DNA from: Corallochytrium limacisporum Hawaii
Taxonomy: Eukaryota; Protista; Pluriformea
Length of the DNA: 64,000 nucleotides
NCBI GenBank assembly: GCA_002811645.1
Contig: PDIP01000020.1
Location: 112,305 to 176,304 of the forward strand
Direction: 5' to 3'
Positions 43,528-54,871 of the stretch are shown piece by piece. The translations under genes were made by a program, and so were the position numbers. Below the pieces are notes generated by a model. The model made no database searches and was not told where the DNA came from. It worked only from the letters and a program-made list of their open reading frames with translations. Position 1 is the first letter of the stretch. Each line of letters starts with the position of its first letter.

Positions 43528-44896
43528 GAAGGTCACAGGAAACCAGGCACCCACAAACGAAGCGCACGACATCCAACAAGTCATCACCTCGGAGCCCCTC
43601 GTTTCCTGATCGCGCTCCCTGCGGAATTCGTGTCAAATTCACAAACGTAAGTATGTCAAATCTTTCCCTCAGCTGGTATGTTCTCCCCTCCCAAACCGGG
43701 AGCGGCCTGCCATTTTCTCAACGGCACGCTTTTCTTGCAGTCGGTGTTCTGTGTAGACGGCAGAGTTCGCAGGCCAAAAAAAATCCTGGCCTGCCTACCA
43801 ACGCAGAGGCACGCTTTCAAACGAATGGGAGAGGGGAAAGATCGAGACGGGAACTCATTTTGGGGCTATTGATTGCAAGTAGCAAGGCTACTTGAGTGCC
43901 TATGCGCATAACCACAGTCATCTTGTAAGTAGATGAATCTTATGGCAAAACTGTTTCGAAGGCTTTAGGCTTTAGTGAGTGCTGTAGATGTTCATTCCTA
44001 TGTTCAAGGGGATACTAAGACAAGGCTTCCACGACTAGGTAGGTTTGTACGAGACCATCGTCAGGCAAGTCCTGCCCGCGGAAGACCATCAACCTACCTG
44101 AAAGGACGATCGATGGAGCACGAAGTGCTAAAGTTGGTAGGGTCTCTGTAGATGTTGAGGAAGACATAGCAATTGATGACGAACGGGATTGGAGTCGAGC
44201 TGTTGCGTTCATGAGAGCCACACGGAATCGGATCGATGCGGCGGACTGAATGCAAAATCAGCGCAGGATGGCACTGAAAGACTGTCTCTTCTCCATCTAA
44301 CGGGCGAAAGATCCAGCTGTGGAAGTTATCACAGGCAAAATGGACCACCCGGAAAAACAGGATCATGGCGTGAGAACGCAAGAGGAACTAAAGCCAAAGC
44401 TCGGTCAAGCATTTGAAGATATGGCGCGCCTGGAACTAGTTCTCCAGCAGGCCTCACTGTAGGAGGAGCAGGTGAGAAAACAACACGTGCCAGAAGCAAA
44501 CAAGGAGCAGCAGAATGAATGGGGCCGTCGCCATTCTGCGCACCCCTTAGGATATGTGCCTGTTAGCACGTTTACGTCCTCTGCTCAGAGGTTGAATCGG
44601 CGCAACTTGAGCGCAAACCCACGCCGTATATGCCGGAAATCATCGATTGGGAGGTACCGAAAGATGCCGTCTGTGACGTCGCCACGGAGGCCATGGCGGA
44701 AGTACAGATGACAGAAAAGGCCATCGATTTCGTTCGATAACAGTGTATTAAACTCTTGGGGATTGCTCCACAGGCGAGCGACTGCACCTGAGAGGGTCAT
44801 CAGCGGGACTGGCGGCGCCCAAACTAGTGGAACATGTGGAAGGATGGCTATGAAAGCAACATGATATCAATAACAAATCACAAACAAGACTCTTGA

Positions 44897-46558
44897 TCAA
44901 CTTCTGTCGACACTATGGGGGACCCGCATGGAAAACCGCGAGCGACGAACGGATTTGATCTCAGCATCAATCAACTTGATATTCTCATTCAAAATCTGAA
45001 TCTCCTGTGTGTTGCCCTTTTCTCTGGCTGTCTCAAGATAGCCCTCAAGATTACGTCTCTGCTCCAAAAGTACTTGCTCCTGTTCCGATGCGCCTAGTGA
45101 GCCGACTGCAGTTTTGTCCGTCGCCCTGTTGTAGCCGTTGGCACTGAGCTTCTCACTTGAGCCATCCCGAGAGTTGGCGTCCACGCCAGTGCTCACATCT
45201 AATGTAGTGGAATCCGGACCCTGTCTCATCTTGTCGGGTTGCAACGCATGCATGCACTCTTGGAGTTTACGCAGCACATCTTGGATGAAGATTGTTGCGG
45301 CTGTGCGCACGTTTGCTTGGAACTTTCGCCGCAAAGGATGATAAGGCCAAAGCTGCTGAATCTGTTGCGGACTGGAACCAACGGGTACTCCGGGTGGAGG
45401 AAGCAATTCGATCTTTTTGCTTACATTGTCCAATGTCTGGATATTACGCGTGATTTCAGCCTTAAGTTTCTGAATCTCCTGTACAAGTGCATTTAGATCC
45501 GTGCCTTGAAGACCTTTCTTTACGAGTGCGGCCATCTGATCGAGTAGTGCCATAATTCGATCCCGCAGGAGCTTGTATTTACGACACTCCATGGTCAGTT
45601 TGTCTTTATGTGGTGCACTGCCTTGCTTTACTTCTGCACGCTTCAGAAGCCTATGGCATCCCTGACACACCCGCACCGGGCCACTATAAGAACTTCGGCC
45701 GCTTCGTCTTCCCTCCTGAAGTCCTTGTACGCGGTGCAGAGTTGCTAAGCCGTTAACCTCTTCTGAACAGTCTGTGTCGTAGCATGTTGCATTTCCACAC
45801 AAACGGCAATGGCTCTTACGATCCATTAGGAAGCGAATGGGCTTCGTGCACGTGACGCAATTGATAGGCTTGGCCGCCGTCGGTTCCTTCCACTTCACAA
45901 TGCTTTGTTCAAATTTCCGTCGCTCTTGCTGGGTTGGATTGTTCAGCATTGCCGGAGGCGGATAAAGCAATTTATCCAGTCTTGTTACGATTTTGTTGGT
46001 GTCTAAATCTTGCTTCTTGGTGACCCGGTCCCGGAAGAGGCTGAAGTCATCTGTTCGATTGCGAACCCTTCCCACAGTATCGCGAAACTCATCACGGTCA
46101 AAGAAACATCGTGCGCATACCTTGTGCCACTTACCGCCGATAGAATCCGGTGTGGCATCAAAAGCTAATTTCATTTCATAGGAGCAGTGATCCAAACAAA
46201 AGGCGAGACCGCACCGCCGGCAGTGCATCCGTCGATTGCCGCCGATTCCACCAGAAAGCTTAGTTTGACAACCATTCTCTGCACAAATGTCATCGGGAGA
46301 ATCTCTTTGCCAGTGAGCCCTGCTAATCTGTGCCTCTGTCTGTCGTGTTGCATTCCCTGTCTTCTCATCTGTGAACACCTCCGCTGCCGTGGTGAAGATT
46401 CGCGAAATTATGGAATTGTTTTGGTTCGTTTGCCCCCGAGGGCTAGGATTTTGGTTCTCTTCATTGAGATGTACTGCTCTGAAGTGTTCTTCTAATTTCG
46501 ATGCCGTTCCCATATCACGACGGCACTCTGGGCATAAAAAACCTTCCTTATCTGCCAT
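44897..46558 (-). CDS. RBSN: Rabenosyn-5/Vac1 (Pep7)-like Rab5 effector
   Basis: N-terminal C2H2 finger EGFLCPEC...H...H, two FYVE-like domains, coiled coil, C-terminal LLEQ..N...Y...A...G...E...L.EN Rab-binding hairpin. Confidence 0.9.
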   Translation of the reverse strand: MADKEGFLCPECRRDMGTASKLEEHFRAVHLNEENQNPSPRGQTNQNNSIISRIFTTAAEVFTDEKTGNATRQTEAQISRAHWQRDSPDDICAENGCQTKLSGGIGGNRRMHCRRCGLAFCLDHCSYEMKLAFDATPDSIGGKWHKVCARCFFDRDEFRDTVGRVRNRTDDFSLFRDRVTKKQDLDTNKIVTRLDKLLYPPPAMLNNPTQQERRKFEQSIVKWKEPTAAKPINCVTCTKPIRFLMDRKSHCRLCGNATCYDTDCSEEVNGLATLHRVQGLQEGRRSGRSSYSGPVRVCQGCHRLLKRAEVKQGSAPHKDKLTMECRKYKLLRDRIMALLDQMAALVKKGLQGTDLNALVQEIQKLKAEITRNIQTLDNVSKKIELLPPPGVPVGSSPQQIQQLWPYHPLRRKFQANVRTAATIFIQDVLRKLQECMHALQPDKMRQGPDSTTLDVSTGVDANSRDGSSEKLSANGYNRATDKTAVGSLGASEQEQVLLEQRRNLEGYLETAREKGNTQEIQILNENIKLIDAEIKSVRRSRFSMRVPHSVDRS

Positions 46559-47029
46559 AGTGGCTACGGTTAGATGCTACGTCATCTTACTCTGAGCATA
46601 ACTCTTGCTTGACTAATCGGGCCTACCATTGCAATGAGCTCTGTAATAGAAGGAGTGTAGTCTGGCATGAGATCTCAAGACGTCGACTCTGTTTTACCTG
46701 TCCTTTCCTTTCATACTCTCTGGGCAAGAAAGATGCGTCGCACCGAGTGGATCATGGCAGGTCCGCCTTGCAGAGTCGAACCTGTTCCAGACCCTCTCCA
46801 GAACAAATATTGGAAGGAGGGGACTACGGACGAAGGAGGGGCAAGGTTATGCGTACTATTAATTCCGTGGCTCTAGGAGAAAAGTATATACACAATTCGA
46901 TTAATATATTTCATATAAACAAGTGATAGGTGGGAGGTGTTCATCGGCGGTTGGATTTTACATCGGCTTGTCATGAAAGCATCGTACAGGAACGTTCCGC
47001 GAGATGAACTAGAACAAATAGTGCCTCAG

Positions 47030-47033
47030 ACAC

Positions 47034-47092
<59 letters not shown>

Positions 47093-47165
47093 NNNNNNNN
47101 NNNNNNNNNNNNNNNNNNNNNNNNNNNNNNNNNNNNNNNNNNNNNNNNNNNNNNNNNNNNNNCAC

Positions 47166-47233
<68 letters not shown>

Positions 47234-47297
47234 ACACACAGACACAGACACACACACACACACACACACATACACACAGACACACACACACACACAT
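47030..47297. repeat. (CA)n microsatellite spanning an assembly gap
   Basis: CA runs on both sides of 70 N (47093-47162), followed by short (TA)n and (GA)n. Confidence 0.97.
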
Positions 47298-48205
47298 ATA
47301 TATATATACAGAGAGAGAGGAGAGAGAGTATGAGCAAGAGACACAGGTGTGTATTGCGATACTGAGGCCAAGCAAGGAGCAGTACTAGTGATAATGATGG
47401 AGACTAAAGAGACTAAGAGCATGTGAAAGAGATGGAAGGGGCAGGGATTGGTTGCGCGAACGCAAACCTATCCCCTCTTTGACACAAATTATGTGTCCGG
47501 TATGCCTAGTATAAGCTAGACACCCGCGAGGATTGCGGACCGTTGTGCAATGGTAGCGCTCACCCCGGCCGCCCTGCCTTCTTGATCACAGGTTTTCACG
47601 GCAACACCAGGTAAGTATGAGGTTCCAGAACTTATCAGTCCATGTCTGTAAAGCATCTCTGTTACAAATACCAATTTAGACATAGTTTTAATTGTCGTTC
47701 AAAGTCAGAATGTGTCGCATCGTTTCCTCCCTTCGTCTTTGTAACCATTGTCAACGCACAATCCCGCTGGAAAACGGAACACAAAGCCATCTTTGCTCGG
47801 CCAAGACACCCCCCATGTGTTTAGCGCCCTTTTGGCAGTAAATTTTCCGGTCTGTTTGCTGCAAAACCTCCGCTGCCATCTCCGTCCTTATTGACATGGT
47901 AGCCACTATGGTTTATTTCACTTTGCGTAACATTGGTTTATCTTCCTCGTACAGTGAGCTCCTGCACCCCCCTGGTATTCCCTTCCTCCCTTTTTCTGGG
48001 TGATGATGGAAACTATTGAGATGGTGTAACGACACGGACCCAGGACCTCAGGAGGTCCCTACTCTTTGCGGGGGCCTAACATAGTCGTATTTGAGAAGGC
48101 CAGAGGCGGGTATTTCAGGTCGCGATAAACAAGTCAGCATGGGAGGCCTTTTGCGGTCCATATCGTGTATGTGTGGGAGCGCTAGCAAGAGCACTAGACA
48201 GCGCC

Positions 48206-50341
48206 ATGTCCACCATACAGGTGGCGCTATTGCTCTTCGGAGCGGCCCTTTTGAGCAGAATATGGACCATAGATTACCCGGCTGTGGTGGTCTGGGACGA
48301 GGCGCACTTCGGTTTACAGGCTGGTATGTATCTGAAGGGTAGATACTTTGTCGATGTGCATCCACCACTAGCAAAGCTCATGTATGCAGCTGTGGGTGGG
48401 TGGTTTGGATGGGATGGCACCTTTAATTGGAAGGAGATCGGCGAGCCAATTCCTACCCGTGTACCCCATTCACAGATGCGGCTCGTGGCGGCTTTACACG
48501 GCGCCGTCTGTGTCCCATTAGCTTATCTGATTTCACTGAAAAGTTTGCAGTCTGCTCAAACAGCTCTATTGGTGGGATTATGTTTCCTGCTAGACTGGGC
48601 CTTGACAATACAGTCTCGCATTATTTGTCTGGACCCGATGCTCCTTTGTTACATTCTAGCAGCAACGTATTGCTTGATGCTCTTATGGGACGAAGATAAG
48701 AAGTTTGGATACTTGCATAGGGATGAATTCAGTTATGTTGTACAGGCACTGCTTGGCCTCTTTATGGGTATGGCCGTGAGCGTCAAGATGGTTGGGTTGT
48801 TCTTTTACTTAATCATTGGTTTGTATGTCGCTGCGGACCTCTACCTCTCCTTCAGTGACAGATTCTACTCGCTTAGGAAATGGATGGTCCGATTTGTAGC
48901 ATACGCATTCTTTTTGATTATAGTGCCATGTGCTCTGTACATAGCTCTTTGGGTCGTACATATCCGACTTTTGCGCTTCTCCGGTGGCGATGATGGGTTC
49001 ATGAGCAGTTCATACCAATCGGATCTTATTGGAAACTATAATTATGGACTCACCACTGAGACGGTGGAATATGTGGCATATGGGTCCCTTGTGAGTCTCG
49101 CGGCACCGGATGCCATTGATACGGAAGTCTACTTGACCTCATGGGACCATTCCTATCCCAGGGAGTACGAGGGTGGCTCTGTCAGTACTGGACAGCAACT
49201 GGTCACCGGATATCGTGGGGCTGGGAACGCTAACGGCTTTTGGATATTCATGGACCCAAAAACGGAGGAGCCCAGCGATCCCCATCTCATGGACCCACGG
49301 GCTCTCGGACCACTACGGTTTGTCAAAGATGGAGACATTGTGGCGATCCGTCACATTGGTGGCAAATATTTGCACACGCGGGATGTTGCCAGCTTCAGCG
49401 ACGGGGCTTTGCAGGAGGTGTCCGGTCACCAGTGGAACTACCAAGGTGAGCCCATGTCAGTTGGAAATCAGTGGAAGGTCGAAATTTTTGAGAAAGGGGA
49501 CCCTAAAGATGGGGACAAGCTGCATGTCATTAGCACATTCTTCAGACTGAAGAGTGTATTTTCAAACACATATCTCGAGCTTTCAGGCAACCAACTACCG
49601 GGAACGTGGGGTTTCGGACATGAGGAAGTGACTTCGTCTTTGGGCGCTGACGATCACGTCCGGAATGTGTGGCACGTAATGGATGCAAAGGATAGTCGTA
49701 TGAGGCCGTCAACCATACTGCGGACGCCAAAGCTTTCTACGTTCCAAAAGATTGTGGAAATTCACCGCCGAATTGCGTCCAACAATGCGTCCATGACGGG
49801 TAGGCACCACATGAGCACAAAACCATGGACATGGCCTGTCTTACCAACTGGCTATAACTACTATTCAGGCTTTTATTCGCGGTCTCAAATCTTCTTCAAC
49901 GGCAATCCACTGATTTGGATCATTGGCTTTCTGTCGTTCTTTCTAGTTGTGGCAACAGACTTCGTCTATTTCGCATGTGGCCTACGTGGTGTGATTGAGA
50001 TCGGTCCCGAAACTGCTCGCGCGTTATCCTATGGCCGTTTCTTTTACATCATGTATGCAATCCACTATTTCCCATACTTTTTGGTGCAGCGGAATCTGTT
50101 TGTGCACACGTACCTGAGTGCCCTCATGTTCAGCATTTTCTGCATTGGCTGGAGCATCGATTTCTACCTTACTGGTAGGAGAAAGACTACGTTATTGGTA
50201 GGCTATGCGTTGGCGGTGCTGGCTACCTTCATATTTGCATCGCCTGTCATTTATTGCTCCCGTGGAAACGCTGAACATGCCGCCATGTTGCGTTTCCATG
50301 ATGGTATGGCCATCACGGATTGGGCAGTGAAACGGGAGTAG
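48206..50341 (+). CDS. Dolichyl-phosphate-mannose:protein O-mannosyltransferase (PMT/POMT, GT39)
   Basis: VVWDEAHFG catalytic DE motif, FVDVHPPLAK, SVKMVGL, SGGDDGFMSS, MIR domains (WGFGHEEV), GNP..W, R.LF.H.YL. ATG at 48206. Confidence 0.96.
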   Translation: MSTIQVALLLFGAALLSRIWTIDYPAVVVWDEAHFGLQAGMYLKGRYFVDVHPPLAKLMYAAVGGWFGWDGTFNWKEIGEPIPTRVPHSQMRLVAALHGAVCVPLAYLISLKSLQSAQTALLVGLCFLLDWALTIQSRIICLDPMLLCYILAATYCLMLLWDEDKKFGYLHRDEFSYVVQALLGLFMGMAVSVKMVGLFFYLIIGLYVAADLYLSFSDRFYSLRKWMVRFVAYAFFLIIVPCALYIALWVVHIRLLRFSGGDDGFMSSSYQSDLIGNYNYGLTTETVEYVAYGSLVSLAAPDAIDTEVYLTSWDHSYPREYEGGSVSTGQQLVTGYRGAGNANGFWIFMDPKTEEPSDPHLMDPRALGPLRFVKDGDIVAIRHIGGKYLHTRDVASFSDGALQEVSGHQWNYQGEPMSVGNQWKVEIFEKGDPKDGDKLHVISTFFRLKSVFSNTYLELSGNQLPGTWGFGHEEVTSSLGADDHVRNVWHVMDAKDSRMRPSTILRTPKLSTFQKIVEIHRRIASNNASMTGRHHMSTKPWTWPVLPTGYNYYSGFYSRSQIFFNGNPLIWIIGFLSFFLVVATDFVYFACGLRGVIEIGPETARALSYGRFFYIMYAIHYFPYFLVQRNLFVHTYLSALMFSIFCIGWSIDFYLTGRRKTTLLVGYALAVLATFIFASPVIYCSRGNAEHAAMLRFHDGMAITDWAVKRE

Positions 50342-50523
50342 GGAACCTCAGGGAAATCCGGTCAAATTGGCGTTCTCGCTTTACATCTGACTACACCCGA
50401 CTAGGAAGGTCAATGATATATATTAAATGTAACTCGTTGTACAATGCAAAGGTACAAGAAAGCCAACAATACATAAGAAATGTAAAAGTGCTGAGGGTGA
50501 AAAATGATTTGTGACCAATTACA

Positions 50524-51984
50524 CTACTCCTCTCGTGCAATCACCCGCTGAAAGTATTCAATGGTCATGCGCAAACCGTCGTCAACGCTAACCTCGGGTG
50601 CCCATCCGATCTCCTTTTTAGCCAGAGTGATATCCGGTCGACGTTTCATGGGATCGTCCTCGCTCTTTCCCAATTTCACAATCTTGGAATTACTCTTTGT
50701 CATTTCTTTGATCTTGTTTGCAAAGTCTTCGATGGTGTACTCATCCGGATTCCCCAAGTTCACAGGGAGGGTGTAGTCGCCGTTCATGAGCTTAATCAAA
50801 CCCGTCACAAGGTCACTAACGTACTGAAAGGAACGGGTGATCTTACCATCACCGTAAATCGTAATATCATGGTCTTGCAAAGCTTGCATGATGAAGTTGC
50901 TCACCACCCGACCGTCCTCTGGGAGCATGCGAGGACCAAATGTGTTAAAAATGCGCGCAATGCGGATATCGATGCCCTCCTGCTGCTGGTAGCTAATGCA
51001 CATGGTCTCAGCAACGCGCTTACCCTCATCATAACAGGCACGAGGTCCCAAAGTATTAACATGTCCCCAGTAATCTTCCTTTTGGGGATGAACTTGTGGA
51101 TCGCCGTAAACTTCAGAGGTTGATGCAAGTAAAACCTTTGCCTTTGTCCTCCTCGCCAACCCAAGCATATTCAGAGTGCCCATTACTGAGGTCTTGATGG
51201 TCTTGATCTTGTTATACTGGTAGTGTGGAGGGGAAGCAGGGCAAGCCAGGTGGTACACTTCATCTACCTCCAATAAAATGGGTTCAACCACGTCATGCGT
51301 AATTGCCTCAAAATTAGGATGAGATATCCAGTGCCTGATGTTTTCCCGACGTCCCGTGAAGTAGTTATCGATAACAATCACCTGGTGGCCCTGAAGCATG
51401 AGACGATCGACCAAGTGACTACCCACAAAACCCGCACCACCTGTGACCAAGATACGCTTGGCACTCAGACGAGTTTGGGTCTGAGGGTTCCCGAGAGCGG
51501 CTGGCAGCCACTCTGTTGCTGCCTTTGGGTTTGGGTTGTAAGACGAGAAATGATCATCATCGTCCGATGGCTGATGTCCGTCGGTTTTCGCAGACTCAAT
51601 GCTTTTGCTGACATCGGAGCGGAAAGTGTCCAGCTCTGTCTCCAATTCAGACCGAATATTCACCAGCGATCTCTCCAGGGCATCGACATCTACCATCCGA
51701 CCTCCAGATGCTGGCTCGTTGTCCGCAGGCATATACTTTTTTACAGTTTGCTCGACAATGCTTTGGACCTGTTCCCTAGTTAGACCCATTTTCTGCTGGT
51801 CTGGAGGCCGTTCTTGGTCGCCTGGCTGACCCAAGGTGAAGTCTGCATGCCTGTTGAGGAAATACAGTGTGGCGATAATGCCAAAAGCGATGAGAATAAA
51901 GTAGTTGAGGCTGAATGACCCGGTGCCTCTGCCGCCCATGTTTCCACTGATAGATATTTTGCCTCTGTGATTGTACAATGCCAT
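50524..51984 (-). CDS. UXS1: UDP-glucuronate decarboxylase (UDP-xylose synthase), type II membrane form
   Basis: [55 protein letters not shown]; N-terminal TM and stem. Start uncertain: the frame is open to 52203, and MALYNH at 51984 was chosen. Confidence 0.96.
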   Translation of the reverse strand: MALYNHRGKISISGNMGGRGTGSFSLNYFILIAFGIIATLYFLNRHADFTLGQPGDQERPPDQQKMGLTREQVQSIVEQTVKKYMPADNEPASGGRMVDVDALERSLVNIRSELETELDTFRSDVSKSIESAKTDGHQPSDDDDHFSSYNPNPKAATEWLPAALGNPQTQTRLSAKRILVTGGAGFVGSHLVDRLMLQGHQVIVIDNYFTGRRENIRHWISHPNFEAITHDVVEPILLEVDEVYHLACPASPPHYQYNKIKTIKTSVMGTLNMLGLARRTKAKVLLASTSEVYGDPQVHPQKEDYWGHVNTLGPRACYDEGKRVAETMCISYQQQEGIDIRIARIFNTFGPRMLPEDGRVVSNFIMQALQDHDITIYGDGKITRSFQYVSDLVTGLIKLMNGDYTLPVNLGNPDEYTIEDFANKIKEMTKSNSKIVKLGKSEDDPMKRRPDITLAKKEIGWAPEVSVDDGLRMTIEYFQRVIAREE

Positions 51985-53194
51985 AGGGTTTCCCTCGAAT
52001 ATCCTATATTCTAATGTTTGTCTTGAGGTACTACGATGACCTTGTACCAAACCCGCTTCCTTTACACTACCCTGCTGCTGACGGTTGGGTACCCCATCCG
52101 CACTCATGTAAACAGTGCCGGTGTTCACTGAAAAATAGCCCTTCAAGTCTATGCGAATTGATCCGCGGTCACGAAAAGTGCTACCCATTAACATGAACAT
52201 CAAAGGCCTGGTGCTGCATCACACAAGTGTTCCCTGAACGAATACGGCTGCTTTCGGAATGTGTGAATGGTGCAAATGTGCAGAAAAAAAATTCTCCTGG
52301 GTCATTGGTATGTCTGCCTGTTACTCCCAGGTCAGAGAAAAGGATACATGCGGACACTAACGTCGCAATGGCGTCCATAGAAAATATAGCTCCTTTCAGT
52401 GAAGGCGAGGAGAGGAACGTGAGTGGGCCGCAGAGGTAGGCAACTGGGTCAAAACCCAGGCTGGCAGTTGGAGATTAGCTGACCGAAGCTGAAACTAAGC
52501 CATTGCAGAGGGTTTTGGTAAGGATTGGCAAGGGGAGCTCAGCGAGCCTGACACACAGGCCAAACCTGTCAAATTTGGAAAGTGATAACATGCGTGAACA
52601 ACTTACGGTTTCCCCTCTCCCCTTCCCCCCCAGGGGGAGGGGGGATGCGGGTGTAGTGTTCATAGAAAACTGGAGTACCACTTTAGATTTTCATCCCTGA
52701 TGGCGAGGCTTTAATGGGTGCCCAAAAAAGAGCATCGAAGTAATATACATGGGGCAGAGGGCAGCCGAGCACGTAGAGTGTGGGCAGCTGCTGTGGTCTC
52801 AGTCCAGTTTATAGTTAGGGGCCTTTTTTTACCACGGTGTTCCTGTCTTCCCATTTGTGCACGGGAACTGCCTCGAGCAAATGAAGGTTTCAGTGCTGAA
52901 TATGTGAAACTACACGGGTCAGTGACCCGCCGAGCAGGGGGGCCTGAGGCACGGAGCGCGCCAAAATACTGAATGAGCTGGAGAACTGCTGGACAGACTG
53001 TGCCGATTTGCAAAATTGGGGGCGGGGCGTTGTTGGGAACGTTTGGACCACTGTGCAATCCATCTGGGAGGTGAGCAGAGTATTTCAAATACGTTCGTGG
53101 CACTTATCCTGTCTGACAGACCAAACCAGAGTTCGTGACCCGATAGAGAAGTGATCTATACCGAGAGCTCAGGAACTAAATTTAAGCCCCGACT

Positions 53195-54848
53195 ATGGCG
53201 ACTCCAAGCCAGTCCTCGTTTTTGGACGAGTCCGACTTCCGTCTAGGGATATCGGGAATCGAAGACAGTCGGAATGTCTCATTCATGGACATGAAGCCCA
53301 CAGTATCTTCTTCATTCGCCAAGCCAGTTGGGTCTTCATCAGCTGCTCTTCTTGCTCTGAAGACGCAGTCGGAAGTCCCGAAGTCAGCAGCCAAGGGAGT
53401 TGACCGGAGTTTCTATGGGATCGCAACCAGCAACACACCTCCGGGCCGACCGATTTCACCAGATCATGTTGTTCGCCATAGCAGCTCGAAGGCTGTAGTA
53501 GGTGCTCTTAAGGCTCTTCAAGACAAGATTACAAAGCTTGAGGAAGAGCGGGCTGTGGCGCAAGAAAAATTCGCCCAATTGCAGGCAGAGACGGATCGGT
53601 ACAGGGAAGAGCTGGTGTCGTCACCGAAGCGGCGTCCCGAGGCCCGGGACAGTGTGCAGCTAGAGGTAGACCGCATTAAGCAACAGCATTTTGGACATAA
53701 GGAAGTAGCGGGACCATTTTTGGACCCGGAGCCAGTCATCCGGGACCTGCGCGACCAAAGCAAGAAACTTGAAAAAGCGCTTGCCGACACGGATCACCGC
53801 CTTAGAGAACTGGAGGCCACCGCTGTGCGGTCGCGATCAACCAGTCCCATGCCTGATCGTCGTAGCACAAGCCCGGCGCCGCGAAGCGTACACCGGAGAG
53901 ATCATGGTGAGGTACCCATTACGTACACAAAACTCCCAACAACACGCAACCAAGACGCATTCCAACACAATGACTCGGATGATACCGGTGTGTTGGATCA
54001 CGGCGTCAACACTGATCGGTACGAGACAAGCGATGTCGACTTTAAGTATGAACCGAACGTGCGTCGCTTTGAGGAAATGCTCCAGCGCATGAAAGTGCTG
54101 AATGCAACCCTTGATAGCGAATTGGATCGGCCCAAGCCAGGGAGGCGGGGACCCAACTACAAACGAATCTATGAACTTGCTGAGCCGAAATACAGGCGGA
54201 GTGAGCACCACGGAGGTGACTTGAAGATTCGGGCACCGTTTGTGGTGGGAAAGTCCACGACACAGTCACACAATGTGGCAGTCCAGGCCCAGCAGATTTT
54301 GGCCTATGTGAAGAAACACGGAGCTGTGCTGAACAAAGCATACGCCATGCACGGCGATCAGGTGGATAGCACAAACATCTTGTCCCCTCGCACAGAGGCA
54401 AGGATTCAGACGGCATTGCGTCTAGCAGAAGATGAATTCGGGGCACTGACGGCGTAGGTATGAAAATCACGTACGGATATGGGGTCTAGTTAAAAGAGCG
54501 GTCTTACTAACTCATTTGTTACTTCCTTTATACGCTACTATTTACAGTGAATATCAAGCTACACTAGAACAACTTCAGCGAGGTCAGCTTGACGGTCAGA
54601 GCGGGGCTCGCCAGCTAAGGCTGTTGATCGACAAGTTGGACACCAAATCTGAGGCCATTACAGCGCTCAAAACACTACTCAGGCGGTCAAGGCGTGCCAA
54701 AGAGGCTTGCATCGCAAATATGATATTGGAACCCGAACAGAGAAGGCCTAAATCAAGCCCCACTCGCGATATCCCTGCCAATGCAAGGGGTGTTGAATTA
54801 CTACATGGACTCCGTCAGATTCAGCGTTCTCTGAACATATCCCAATAA
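53195..54848 (+). CDS. CEP57: Centrosomal protein Cep57/translokin-like; exons 53195-54453 and 54548-54848
   Basis: AVVGALKALQDKITKLEEER (Cep57 CLD), PFVVGKSTTQSHNV, and EDEFGAL../EYQ..L...L..LIDKLDTK..AI (microtubule-binding domain), restored by splicing. Confidence 0.85.
54454..54547 (+). other. 94-nt spliceosomal intron in CEP57
   Basis: GTAGGT donor, TACTAAC branch point at 54505-54511, TTTACAG acceptor. Removal deletes the TAG and joins GC|T in frame with ORF 54516-54848. Confidence 0.9.
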
Positions 54849-54871
54849 ATTGTTGATCTTAACCATCTCAT

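Noticed and set aside
46765-46840. GGTTCGA T-loop-like sequence on the minus strand (also at about 56822 on the plus strand)
   Set aside because: No T-stem, acceptor stem or D-arm, so not a tRNA.
46937-47422. Poly-HT and poly-CV ORFs
   Set aside because: Translation of the (CA)n microsatellite across an N gap.
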